The notes under the pieces are model-generated. The model worked only from the letters and a program-made list of their open reading frames with translations, did no database searches and was not told the DNA's origin. From assembly GCA_048940925.1 (NCBI GenBank), contig JBHLOC010000048.1, forward strand, positions 1 through 35,001: a DNA stretch of 35,001 bases, given 5' to 3'. This document shows, piece after piece, positions 10,254 through 19,015 of this stretch. Positions within the stretch are counted from its first letter, which is position 1. Every line of letters starts with the position of its first letter. The stretch is from Promethearchaeota archaeon. Lineage in GTDB: Archaea; Asgardarchaeota; Lokiarchaeia; Sigyniarchaeales; SOKP01. Both the position numbers and the translations under genes were made by a program.

Positions 10254-10261
10254 AATCAAAT
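9525..10261 (+). repeat. Copy 2 of ~0.73-kb near-identical repeat
   Basis: Matches 7389-8122. Confidence 0.9.
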
Positions 10262-10263
10262 AA

Positions 10264-10276
10264 TTTTTTTTTTTTT
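10264..10276 (+). terminator. Oligo-T terminator (T13)
   Basis: T13 run 10 nt after the stop, in the gap before a convergent gene. Confidence 0.55.
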
Positions 10277-10408
10277 CTATTTATTAAAATTAAATTCTAA
10301 AATTGCTAAATTCTAATTTAAATATAAAAGAGAATTTGCTTTACTGTATATTTACTTTATATAAAAAAAGAATTAGTTAAAGAAAAAAAAAAGTTACCTT
10401 CTGTAGAG

Positions 10409-10636
10409 TTAAATGCCTTTCAATCTTACACCAAGGAATAATAGAAACCATACGAGGAAAAATGCAATCATTGCAAAGAGGATCCAGGTTTCAAATGAGC
10501 TAAAAGTTCCTAGACTGAACGTAGGTAGTAAACTATCAGGATCTAAGAATACTTGATCGATTAAAACAAATAGCCCAAATATCCATAAAAGAAAGGTAAT
10601 AATTACAATAAATTTACTTGGTGGAGTCCATCCCAT
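10409..10636 (-). CDS. Small two-TM membrane protein, unknown function
   Basis: 75 aa with two hydrophobic helices. GGTGA SD 7 nt before ATG and T-runs after the stop. Confidence 0.75.
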   Translation of the reverse strand: MGWTPPSKFIVIITFLLWIFGLFVLIDQVFLDPDSLLPTFSLGTFSSFETWILFAMIAFFLVWFLLFLGVRLKGI

Positions 10637-10772
10637 TAATTATTCACCATTTTTTCTTTAATATTTGACTAATTTTTCCTATACTTTAGAAAGTTTTTAG
10701 TAAAAGTATATTACAATAAGAAAAAATCATTTTTAAATAATATAGATCAAATACTACCTTACAAGAGATAAG

Positions 10773-11465
10773 TTAATTTTGTTTAGAGAAATCCATTTCT
10801 ATTTCTCTTACGGTCTCACTATCTTTTGATTTGGGATCATATATTAAGTTTTTTTCTTTATCAACACTATTTCCATTCTTTTCCTCTTCTTTTTTAACAA
10901 TATCCCATATAAGACTTATCACAAGAACAAATGAGACAATAATAAGAAGCGGGAGTAATAGCCCTGAATCTGTTAATAGTATTTTTACCCAACCTATGTA
11001 AGGGATTTTCCCCGAAACTACACCTAAAATTCGGCTTTCTGGAACCCAAGCATTATCAGGAGAGAGATTTGCGTCTCCTTTTGTCATGAAGAACCAACCA
11101 TTATCATATTTTTTAGCAATAACTCTATGAACTACAGGATCATTTGGGGCATGTGTCCACCCAGGTAATCCACGAGCATCGAATACAATTATATCCCCCT
11201 CTTTTCCTTCTATAGTCCCATTTTTTATGTTAGAAGGATCCTTACCTTTAAGAAACAACAAATCACCCTTGTATAATGTGGGTTCCATTGAGCCTGAAAC
11301 CACAACAACCATAGGAGTTTTGGTATTGAGAGTAATTTGCATGATATAATATATTAAAAAAGCTCCAGAAAAAGCTAAACCTATAATAATGACAGCACTG
11401 AAGATTTTTCGTTTCAATGAAAGATCATCTTTCTTGATTGGTGCTTTAATTCTTCGTTTTCTCAT
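10773..11465 (-). CDS. sec11: Signal peptidase I, archaeal/ER Sec11 type (S26B)
   Basis: N-terminal TM; VVSGSMEP (catalytic Ser), GDLL, GDIIVF, PVVHRV (His general base), TKGDAN, IPYIGW; C-terminal TM. Confidence 0.93.
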   Translation of the reverse strand: MRKRRIKAPIKKDDLSLKRKIFSAVIIIGLAFSGAFLIYYIMQITLNTKTPMVVVVSGSMEPTLYKGDLLFLKGKDPSNIKNGTIEGKEGDIIVFDARGLPGWTHAPNDPVVHRVIAKKYDNGWFFMTKGDANLSPDNAWVPESRILGVVSGKIPYIGWVKILLTDSGLLLPLLIIVSFVLVISLIWDIVKKEEEKNGNSVDKEKNLIYDPKSKDSETVREIEMDFSKQN

Positions 11466-11699
11466 AATTAATTAACTTATGGTTCTATGGATTAATAAAT
11501 CAAAAAAATATTATAAATATTCTTTATATAAAACGAGATGTATTGAAAAAAGATGTAATCACAATAGTTTTAGAACATTATGTTTATTGTAATAGAGTTT
11601 TATTTTTCATCAATAGTTAACGGTTAATATTTTAAACAATAAATTCTAGAAGATAATTATTCAGTGAAATCGTATTAATAAAGGTGTAGTAGGGTTAAG

Positions 11700-12497
11700 A
11701 TGTTCCAAATTATTGAAAGAGCTCATTCATTTGATATAAGAGAGCAAAATAAATATGATATTCAAAAGAAATTAGAAAATTTTTTACAACAAAAATTTAT
11801 GTTATCTACGAGTACCACCAAATTAGGAAGATCTTTACTTCGGATCAATTATTTTAATGAAAATTTGGAAAAAGAATTACAAAAAGATAACAGAATAACA
11901 ATTTTACATGAACCTGAAAAAAGATTATATATTCAAGTAAAAGGTAATCTTACAGATATGCAAGTTGAACAATTATGGAATGAACTGGAGAAGGATTTGA
12001 TAATAATAAAAAAACAAGAGGTTCTTGAGGAAAGAATTTTAACTAAAGATGAAATCATTAATAGAATCCTTAATTTAATAAAGAGCGAGGGATATACTAT
12101 AGAAAATAGTGACGTGCATAATTTCATTGATAACTTCCAACAAAAATATAATAGATTACCAAAAGAGGAGGAACTTAATTCTATTGTTAAAGGATATATA
12201 TTAATGAAAAATGAAGATTATTTATTAGAGAAAGCAGAAGATAATAATGATGATATTAAATCTGAATTTGTTGAGCTCACACATGAGGAAAGTAGAGAAA
12301 AAATTAGCCTTAGTTCGGGTTATAATGGCATATTAATAGTTAATTCTCCCATTGGACGTAGAAAATGTCCAAGTTGTGAAAATGAGGGCCTTATTCGGGA
12401 AGTTGATGATAAAAGCGTAATTCTATTAGATTATCCCAGAATATATGGAAAAAAGTATTATTGTGGCGCTTGTGGGCAAGAATGGCGGGAACAATAA
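11700..12497 (+). CDS. Hypothetical protein with C-terminal Zn-ribbon
   Basis: 265 aa; C-terminal RRKCPSC...KKYYCGACGQEW after an acidic linker. Confidence 0.75.
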   Translation: MFQIIERAHSFDIREQNKYDIQKKLENFLQQKFMLSTSTTKLGRSLLRINYFNENLEKELQKDNRITILHEPEKRLYIQVKGNLTDMQVEQLWNELEKDLIIIKKQEVLEERILTKDEIINRILNLIKSEGYTIENSDVHNFIDNFQQKYNRLPKEEELNSIVKGYILMKNEDYLLEKAEDNNDDIKSEFVELTHEESREKISLSSGYNGILIVNSPIGRRKCPSCENEGLIREVDDKSVILLDYPRIYGKKYYCGACGQEWREQ

Positions 12498-12683
12498 TCT
12501 AAAATTGACTTTCACTATATTATTGGATCATCTTCTTATTTTAATAAGCATTTAAATCCTTTCTTCTAAAAAGATTATTTAAAATCTTATTAAAAATAGT
12601 TTTAAATAGTTTATTATTTAAATTCTTATCAGAATTATTTAGAAATTTAGAATGTAAAAATTAAAATATTTGAGCTGATTAGT

Positions 12684-13649
12684 TTGGAAGATTATGCTAT
12701 AATTCATAATCCTGCTGCTGGTAAGGGAAAAAAAGAAAAGAAGGATATTGAATTTATGAAAAAATGTTTGGATGAGTTAAACGTTTCCTATAAATTTTTT
12801 GAGACTGAATATATGAAACATGCTATAGAACTAGGAAGTAACTTAGCTAAAGATGGATATAGGGTGATTGGAGCAGGAGGAGATGGTACTTGTAATGAAG
12901 TGATGAATGGAGTAATAATGTCTAATACTGGAGCGTTGTGTGGATTTATTCCAATGGGTTCTGGGAATGATATTCCCGCTGCGATAGGTATCCTTCCTGA
13001 TATTAAAAGAGCTTGTGAGATAATTGCGGAGGGCAAATCTAGAAAGTCTGATATTGGATTTGCTAAAACAGATACTGGAATTGAACGTTATTTCTTAGGC
13101 ATTGGTAGTCAAGGCTTTGATAGTGATGTTACAAGAAGATTCAATGAAGCAAAAAGGGGAAAAAGCTATGTAACTCAAACTCTTAAGGCTTTGTTACCCT
13201 GGAAGAATAAAGAAATTAAAGTTACAATGGATAACGAGGTATACGAAGGATATGCTAATTGTTTAGCATGTGCAAATGGTCCTAGTTATGGTGGTTTCAT
13301 GTATATCTGTCAAAAGGCTCGAGTAGATGATGGCATATTTCATGTTAATATAGTTGATATTGGCAAATTCAAACTACTTAGGCACTTTAATAGAATGTAC
13401 AAAGCTACTCTTTTACCTCATCCAAATATCTATGAATATACTAGTAAGAAGGTTAGAGTTGAAATGCTAAATGCTGAAGAACCTAATCCATACATCTGTC
13501 AGGTAGATGGGGAAATCTTAGACAAATTACCTGTAAATTATGAATGCATTAAAGAAGGGTTCGAATTTATTCGACCTGAAATAGATGAAGTAGCAGAAGC
13601 ATTTAAAAAAGAACATGGAAGATACTTTTGGGAATGTAATTATGATTAA
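12684..13649 (+). CDS. Diacylglycerol/lipid kinase family protein (YegS/DagK-like)
   Basis: NPAAG, GAGGDGTCNEV, IPMGSGND, GFDS, ANGPSYGG and QVDGE motifs. TTG start after GAGCTGAT. Confidence 0.92.
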   Translation: MEDYAIIHNPAAGKGKKEKKDIEFMKKCLDELNVSYKFFETEYMKHAIELGSNLAKDGYRVIGAGGDGTCNEVMNGVIMSNTGALCGFIPMGSGNDIPAAIGILPDIKRACEIIAEGKSRKSDIGFAKTDTGIERYFLGIGSQGFDSDVTRRFNEAKRGKSYVTQTLKALLPWKNKEIKVTMDNEVYEGYANCLACANGPSYGGFMYICQKARVDDGIFHVNIVDIGKFKLLRHFNRMYKATLLPHPNIYEYTSKKVRVEMLNAEEPNPYICQVDGEILDKLPVNYECIKEGFEFIRPEIDEVAEAFKKEHGRYFWECNYD

Positions 13650-13677
13650 TGCCTTCTTTTAGAGTTTGATAAATCTT

Positions 13678-14301
13678 ATGCCAGATTGGGATGACATCTT
13701 TTCAGATCAGGGAAAAATATTTCATGATCCTCATCCTGATATGGATAAGATAACTCAATTGTTTAGAGAAAAAAAAGTGAAACGAGTTTTAGATCTTGGA
13801 TGTGGTACAGGTCGACATCTACTATTCTTATCAAGAAAAGGATTTGAAGTATATGGCATGGATTCTTCGCCTAAAGCTTTAGAAATAGCAGAGAAATGGC
13901 TCATTGAAGAAAATGAAAAAGTTATACTAAATCTGAATAGAATGGAACATAAATTTCCATACAAAGATAATTATTTTGATGCTATTATTTCAATTCAGGT
14001 TATACATCATAATCTAATGAAGGATATAATTTTTACAGTAAAGGAAATTGAGAGAATTTTAAAATCCAATGGTATAATATTCATCACATTTCCTAAATTA
14101 GGTGAAGGTTCTCGAGTAGATAAGTGGGAACTGGTTGAAATAGAATCGAGAACCTACATTCCACAATCTGGAAGAGAAAGAGGATTAACTCATCATTTTT
14201 TTACATTAAGAGAAATTAATCAGGTTTTTAGCTCATTTAATATACTAAAAATTTATATGGATAGAACAAATCATAGGGCTATTATAGGAATCAAAAAATA
14301 G
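13678..14301 (+). CDS. Class I SAM-dependent methyltransferase
   Basis: Motif I VLDLGCGTGRH, YGMDSS, FDAIISIQVIHH, RILKSNG. ATG 13678 preferred over TTG 13666. Confidence 0.9.
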   Translation: MPDWDDIFSDQGKIFHDPHPDMDKITQLFREKKVKRVLDLGCGTGRHLLFLSRKGFEVYGMDSSPKALEIAEKWLIEENEKVILNLNRMEHKFPYKDNYFDAIISIQVIHHNLMKDIIFTVKEIERILKSNGIIFITFPKLGEGSRVDKWELVEIESRTYIPQSGRERGLTHHFFTLREINQVFSSFNILKIYMDRTNHRAIIGIKK

Positions 14302-14311
14302 ATCAATTTTA

Positions 14312-15454
14312 TTAATTAATAGAAGATCTTCTTCTAATAATAATCGTTAGGATTACTAATATTCCTAAAATGGCTATTATGCTTAAAATGACTATTATTA
14401 GGGCTAAATCTGGTAAATTGGTATCCTTATTCCAAGGATAATTACCTTGATAATCACCATCCAAAGTTCTTAGGTAATTATTATATATAAACTGCTCTAC
14501 AGTTTTACCAGTTATTTCAAGACTGGTATTTGAAATATGTGTGAGATCATCTTGTGTAGTATGATGATATGACCAGTGAGGATTGTCCCAGAATTTAATA
14601 ATCAAATCTGCTGCTGGAATACCAATGTTCACAAAAGCGCGATGGTCATCCATAATTGATGCTGTTGTTGGATTGGATGGAAATTGCTTACTATACCCTA
14701 ATTCTCTCCCTATTGCAAATAATTCATCTAATAATGAGGAAGTAGAGTATTGTTCCTTGATAAAACGTAAATTTCCACCTCCAACCATATCTAATAAAAT
14801 CATACAATCAAAATTTTCAATCTCAGAATTGTAAAAATTATTAATTTCATCCACATATGCTTTTGATCCTTCACACCACCCCCAATTCTCAATCCCATAA
14901 GCTTTGTCTCTACCTTGATCCTCGGCATCAAAAAATAAAAACCATATTTGGCATGACAAATTTATCCTTCTTTGAAATAAGACTCTAGCAAGTTCAATCA
15001 AGAGAGCACATCCACTAGCACCATCATTAGCTCCAGGTACAGGATAATATCTTTTTAAAGGATCGGGATCTTTTGTCGCTTTAGCACGTGAATCATAATG
15101 TGCTCCTAAAATTATTATATTGTTATAGTTTTGATTTAATTTGAATAAGATATTTTGACAATCAGTTGAGTGAGTAGTAAAATTATGAAGAATGTAGGTA
15201 AAATTGCTTTCTATTTCTTTAAATTTTGAAATGAAATAGTTTGTACAATTAATTCTCTCTTCTGTTCCTGGGATTCGATATCCAATATCTAACTGATCTT
15301 GTACATATTTATAAGCGTTTCTACCATTAAAATGTAATTCAATGTCTACATTTTGAACTTTTAAATCATTTTTGAAAAAAAAAGTAAAATAAATAGATAA
15401 TAATCCTAATGAAATAATGATTACAGGAATTATAATTTTAAATAGTCTCTTAAT
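14312..15454 (-). CDS. M28-family zinc enzyme, glutaminyl-cyclase-like, with N- and C-terminal membrane segments; probable ATT start
   Basis: The frame stays open about 150 codons upstream of the track start (15001), to TGA at 15461-15463. This adds a hydrophobic leader, FNGRNAYKYVQDQLDIGYRIPG, ILGAHYDSR and PGANDGASG. Downstream motifs are FFDAED, LLDMVG, DDH and YHHT. Confidence 0.88.
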   Translation of the reverse strand: MKRLFKIIIPVIIISLGLLSIYFTFFFKNDLKVQNVDIELHFNGRNAYKYVQDQLDIGYRIPGTEERINCTNYFISKFKEIESNFTYILHNFTTHSTDCQNILFKLNQNYNNIIILGAHYDSRAKATKDPDPLKRYYPVPGANDGASGCALLIELARVLFQRRINLSCQIWFLFFDAEDQGRDKAYGIENWGWCEGSKAYVDEINNFYNSEIENFDCMILLDMVGGGNLRFIKEQYSTSSLLDELFAIGRELGYSKQFPSNPTTASIMDDHRAFVNIGIPAADLIIKFWDNPHWSYHHTTQDDLTHISNTSLEITGKTVEQFIYNNYLRTLDGDYQGNYPWNKDTNLPDLALIIVILSIIAILGILVILTIIIRRRSSIN

Positions 15455-15561
15455 GTCTATTCACCATAATGGTAAATGCTTCTAAAGAATTATCTTTAAA
15501 CTATTTATTCTTATATCGAAATTCTTTTTATTTTTATAATATTTTATGTAAAAAAAAGGGG

Positions 15562-17601
15562 ATGATTATAATAAGCAAAGAAGCACGTAAGAGAGATTTA
15601 TCTAAATTACCTTTCATGGACAGTTCACTTGATATAGAAAAACGAGTAGATGATTTAATAAAACGATTAAATTTGTATGAAAAATTTAAATTATGTGCTG
15701 GCAGAAGAAATTGGTATATACCATCAATAAGGAGATTAGGTATTAAATCATTTGCCATGCATGATGGTCCTCATGGTGTTCGTGTTGATAGATATGGAAA
15801 AATACAGGCAACTTACTTTCCATCAGCTATATGTAGAGCGGCTACTTGGAATCCAGAGTTATCAAAACAATTTGGTGTGGCTATAGCTCAAGAAGTTCGA
15901 GATGTTGGTGCACATATGTTACTTGCTCCTGGAATAAATATTCAGAGAACACCGATGTGCGGAAGGACATTCGAATATCAAACCGAAGATCCATATTTAA
16001 ATAAAAAGTTAGCTGTCGCTGTTGTAGAAGGTATTCAAAGTCAGAGAATTGCAGCTTGTATAAAACATTTTATATGTAACAATCAAGAAACAAATCGATT
16101 TACTGTAAACTCAGAAGTTAGTGAAAGAGCTCTCAAGGAAATTTACTTTCCAGGTTTTAAGGCAGCAGTTCAAGAAGCAGATACGTGGTCAATTATGAGT
16201 AGTTATAATAAAGTAAATGGAATCTATGGTTCTGAACATAAACATCTCCTAAAAGAAGTTTTAATGAATGAATGGGGATTTAGAGGTTTTGTTGTTTCAG
16301 ATTGGGGAGCAACAAGAGCTACAACAAGTACAGAAAGTTGTATAAAGGCTGGTTTAACCTTAGAAATGCCAACTCCAAATAAATATACATTATCTAAAAT
16401 GATAAAATCTCTTGAAGAAGGAAGATTTACTGAGGAAAATCTTAATGATAATGTAAGACGACTTCTAAGGGTAATGTTTTTAGTAGGATTATTTGATAAT
16501 GAGGATTCTTTACCACAAAGTAGTCGGAATACTTCAGAACACCAGCTATTAGCTCGTAAAATTGCTGAAGAGGGCATAATCCTATTAAAAAATGAAGGAA
16601 AAATTCTCCCACTAAATATTGAAAAATTGGAAAAAATCGCAGTAATAGGCCCAAATGCAGATCAAACGACATTTTCAGATGCTGGGAGTTCTACAAATTT
16701 TCCTCCATATGAAATTAGACCAATTGATGGAATAAGAAAAAAATGTAAAGCAAAAGTTGAGATAATCGATTCACCTTTAGAAGCCGATGTAACTCTAGTA
16801 TTTGCTGGACTGCGACATGAGAGAGGGATGGATGCTGAGAGCACAGATAAAACATCATTCAATTTACCATCTAATCAAATTGACCTTATATCTAATACAG
16901 TCAAAGAGAATCCTAATACCATTGTAATACTTATCAGTGGAAGCCCCGTATCCATGATTGAATGGATTGATAAAGTCCCTGCTGTGATAGAAGCATGGTA
17001 TGGTGGAATGGAAAATGGTAATGCTATTGCCAATATACTTTTTGGTGAAAGAAATCCTTCAGGTAAGCTTCCTATAACCTTTCCGAAGAAACTTTCAGAT
17101 TCTCCTGCACATCTTTCTAAACGTACTTATCCAGGTGATGAAAATGTATTTTATGATGAAGGCATCTTCATAGGATATCGGCATTTTGATACACAAAATA
17201 TTGAGCCACTTTTCCCATTTGGTCATGGTTTATCTTATACTAATTTTATCTATGAGAACCTAAAATTATCTAATGATAAAATTGCAGGAAATGAGATTCT
17301 TATTGTTTCTGTTGACATTATTAATTCTGGTGACCGTTCAGGTGCAGAAGTTGTCCAATTATACATTCAAGATGTTGATTCAAGCGTAGAAAGACCTCTT
17401 AAAGAACTAAAAGGTTTTAAAAAGGTTGAACTTCAACCTAAAGAAAGTTCATCTGTTAGTTTCGATATTTTAAAAGAAGACCTCTCTTTTTACGATGAAA
17501 ATCTTCAAAGTTGGGTAGCTGAGAAAGGGGAGTTCAGAATCTTAATTGGGAGTTCTTCAAAAGATATTCGATTACAAGGAAAATTTGAATATCTCGTTTA
17601 G
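15562..17601 (+). CDS. Glycoside hydrolase family 3 beta-glucosidase/xylosidase with C-terminal Fn3-like domain
   Basis: DGPHGVR, LLAPGINIQRTPMCGRTFEY, CIKHF, MSSYN, VVSDW nucleophile, ENPSGKLP-like GERNPSGKLP, FPFGHGLSYT. No signal peptide. Start uncertain (ATG 15562 or ATA 15571); the track start at 15469 runs through the promoter. Confidence 0.93.
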   Translation: MIIISKEARKRDLSKLPFMDSSLDIEKRVDDLIKRLNLYEKFKLCAGRRNWYIPSIRRLGIKSFAMHDGPHGVRVDRYGKIQATYFPSAICRAATWNPELSKQFGVAIAQEVRDVGAHMLLAPGINIQRTPMCGRTFEYQTEDPYLNKKLAVAVVEGIQSQRIAACIKHFICNNQETNRFTVNSEVSERALKEIYFPGFKAAVQEADTWSIMSSYNKVNGIYGSEHKHLLKEVLMNEWGFRGFVVSDWGATRATTSTESCIKAGLTLEMPTPNKYTLSKMIKSLEEGRFTEENLNDNVRRLLRVMFLVGLFDNEDSLPQSSRNTSEHQLLARKIAEEGIILLKNEGKILPLNIEKLEKIAVIGPNADQTTFSDAGSSTNFPPYEIRPIDGIRKKCKAKVEIIDSPLEADVTLVFAGLRHERGMDAESTDKTSFNLPSNQIDLISNTVKENPNTIVILISGSPVSMIEWIDKVPAVIEAWYGGMENGNAIANILFGERNPSGKLPITFPKKLSDSPAHLSKRTYPGDENVFYDEGIFIGYRHFDTQNIEPLFPFGHGLSYTNFIYENLKLSNDKIAGNEILIVSVDIINSGDRSGAEVVQLYIQDVDSSVERPLKELKGFKKVELQPKESSSVSFDILKEDLSFYDENLQSWVAEKGEFRILIGSSSKDIRLQGKFEYLV

Positions 17602-17699
17602 TTTTTACTTAAGATTAAAACAAAAAAATTAATTTTTATCTATTATTTTATGTTTATGTTTAGTAAATTCTACAAAAATGCATGAAAAGGGAAAATAAA

Positions 17700-18500
17700 A
17701 TGGGTAACCGACTGAAAGGAAAAGTGGCAATAATTATTGGAGCGGGTCAACATCCAGGAGATACGATAGGAAATGGAAGAGCTATATCAATCCTCTTTGC
17801 CCGTGAAGGTGCAAAAGTAATGTTAGTTGATAAAAATCTTGATTCTGCATTAGAAACAAAATCTATGATTGAAAAAGAGGGGGGTGAATCTTTCGTTTTT
17901 GAAGCTAATATTACTAAAGAAGATGATTGTCAGAGAATAGCAAATAAATGTGTAGAAGTATATGATAGGATCGATATCCTTGTAAATAATGTTGGTATAG
18001 GTACAGGTGATAGAAAGGTTGTCGATTTGAGTGAAGCGGCATGGGATAACATTTTCGATGTAAATCTAAAGGGAATGTTTTTTACGTGTAAGTATATTTT
18101 ACCAATAATGGAGAAACAAGGAAGTGGGTCAATTATAAATATCTCTTCTGTTGCAGCTGTTTGTGCTGTTAGATATGTAGCCTATAAAATTTCAAAATCA
18201 GGTGTCAATTCTTTAACTCATCAGTTAGCTATGAAGTATGCTAAGAATGGTATCAGAGTTAATGCTATTATGTTAGGTTTGATGAACACCCCTATGGCTA
18301 TTGAAGGAATCTCAAAAGCCAGAGGGATGAATAAAGAGGATCTTATAAAAATGAGGGATAATATGGTTCCTTTAAAAGGAGGAATGGGAGATGCGTGGGA
18401 TACAGCTTATGCTGCACTTTTCTTAGCATCGGATGAGGCAAAATTTATTACATCAGTCATATTACCTGTAGATGGGGGCCAATGCTCAAAAATAGGATGA
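17700..18500 (+). CDS. Short-chain dehydrogenase/reductase (FabG-like)
   Basis: Extended Gly motif GAGQHPGDTIGNG, NNVG, NISS, catalytic YKISK, LPVDGG. Start at 17700 or 17682. Confidence 0.92.
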   Translation: MGNRLKGKVAIIIGAGQHPGDTIGNGRAISILFAREGAKVMLVDKNLDSALETKSMIEKEGGESFVFEANITKEDDCQRIANKCVEVYDRIDILVNNVGIGTGDRKVVDLSEAAWDNIFDVNLKGMFFTCKYILPIMEKQGSGSIINISSVAAVCAVRYVAYKISKSGVNSLTHQLAMKYAKNGIRVNAIMLGLMNTPMAIEGISKARGMNKEDLIKMRDNMVPLKGGMGDAWDTAYAALFLASDEAKFITSVILPVDGGQCSKIG

Positions 18501-18579
18501 AGATTACTAGCTGCAAACAATTTACTTTAAAATCGTATATTAAAAATAAGATAAAAAATAAAATTAAAGAAATATGAAT

Positions 18580-19002
18580 TTATAAAGGCTCAAAGCCTAA
18601 GTCTACTCTAGTTTCGCCTCTAATTTCGGTTTCAATAAATGTTGCTTTAACCGGCATTTCGACATTAATCGTCTCAGGCTTACTCTCATTTACACCTATT
18701 AATTGTCCACTTACCATTGGACCTTCTTCTAATTTTATTACTGAAAAACAATAAGGTTTATTTCTATCATAACCTTTTTCAACAAAAAAAGGTGTTCCTA
18801 CCGTAATACTTGTAAAACCAGCCACTTTTCCTTTTCCTGACATCTTAACCCATTCCATGTTCGCTTTATTACATTTAGTGCATAATTTTCTTACTGGAAC
18901 ATATATTTCACCGCAATCTTTACATTTTGAACCCATTAATTTTTTTTCAGTTAAAAAATCAAGATAACTTTTTATAGTAAAATCCCTTTCACTCTCAGAC
19001 AT
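18580..19002 (-). CDS. DUF35/ChsH2-type Zn-ribbon plus OB-fold acyl-CoA-binding protein
   Basis: CKDC...CTKC followed by an OB fold (LEEGPMVSGQ). GAGGTGA SD before ATG 19002; immediately downstream of the thiolase. Confidence 0.92.
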   Translation of the reverse strand: MSESERDFTIKSYLDFLTEKKLMGSKCKDCGEIYVPVRKLCTKCNKANMEWVKMSGKGKVAGFTSITVGTPFFVEKGYDRNKPYCFSVIKLEEGPMVSGQLIGVNESKPETINVEMPVKATFIETEIRGETRVDLGFEPL

Positions 19003-19015
19003 ATTTTTTTCACCT

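Noticed and set aside
7389-10261. Diversity-generating retroelement TR/VR pair
   Set aside because: Mismatches include many C/T and G/C changes rather than being adenine-specific, both copies are coding, the repeat is about 730 bp, and no reverse transcriptase is present.
15469-15561. N-terminal extension of GH3 (likewise MFS 21612-21695 and MaoC 23553-23591)
   Set aside because: AT-rich promoter sequence read in frame; better starts lie downstream.
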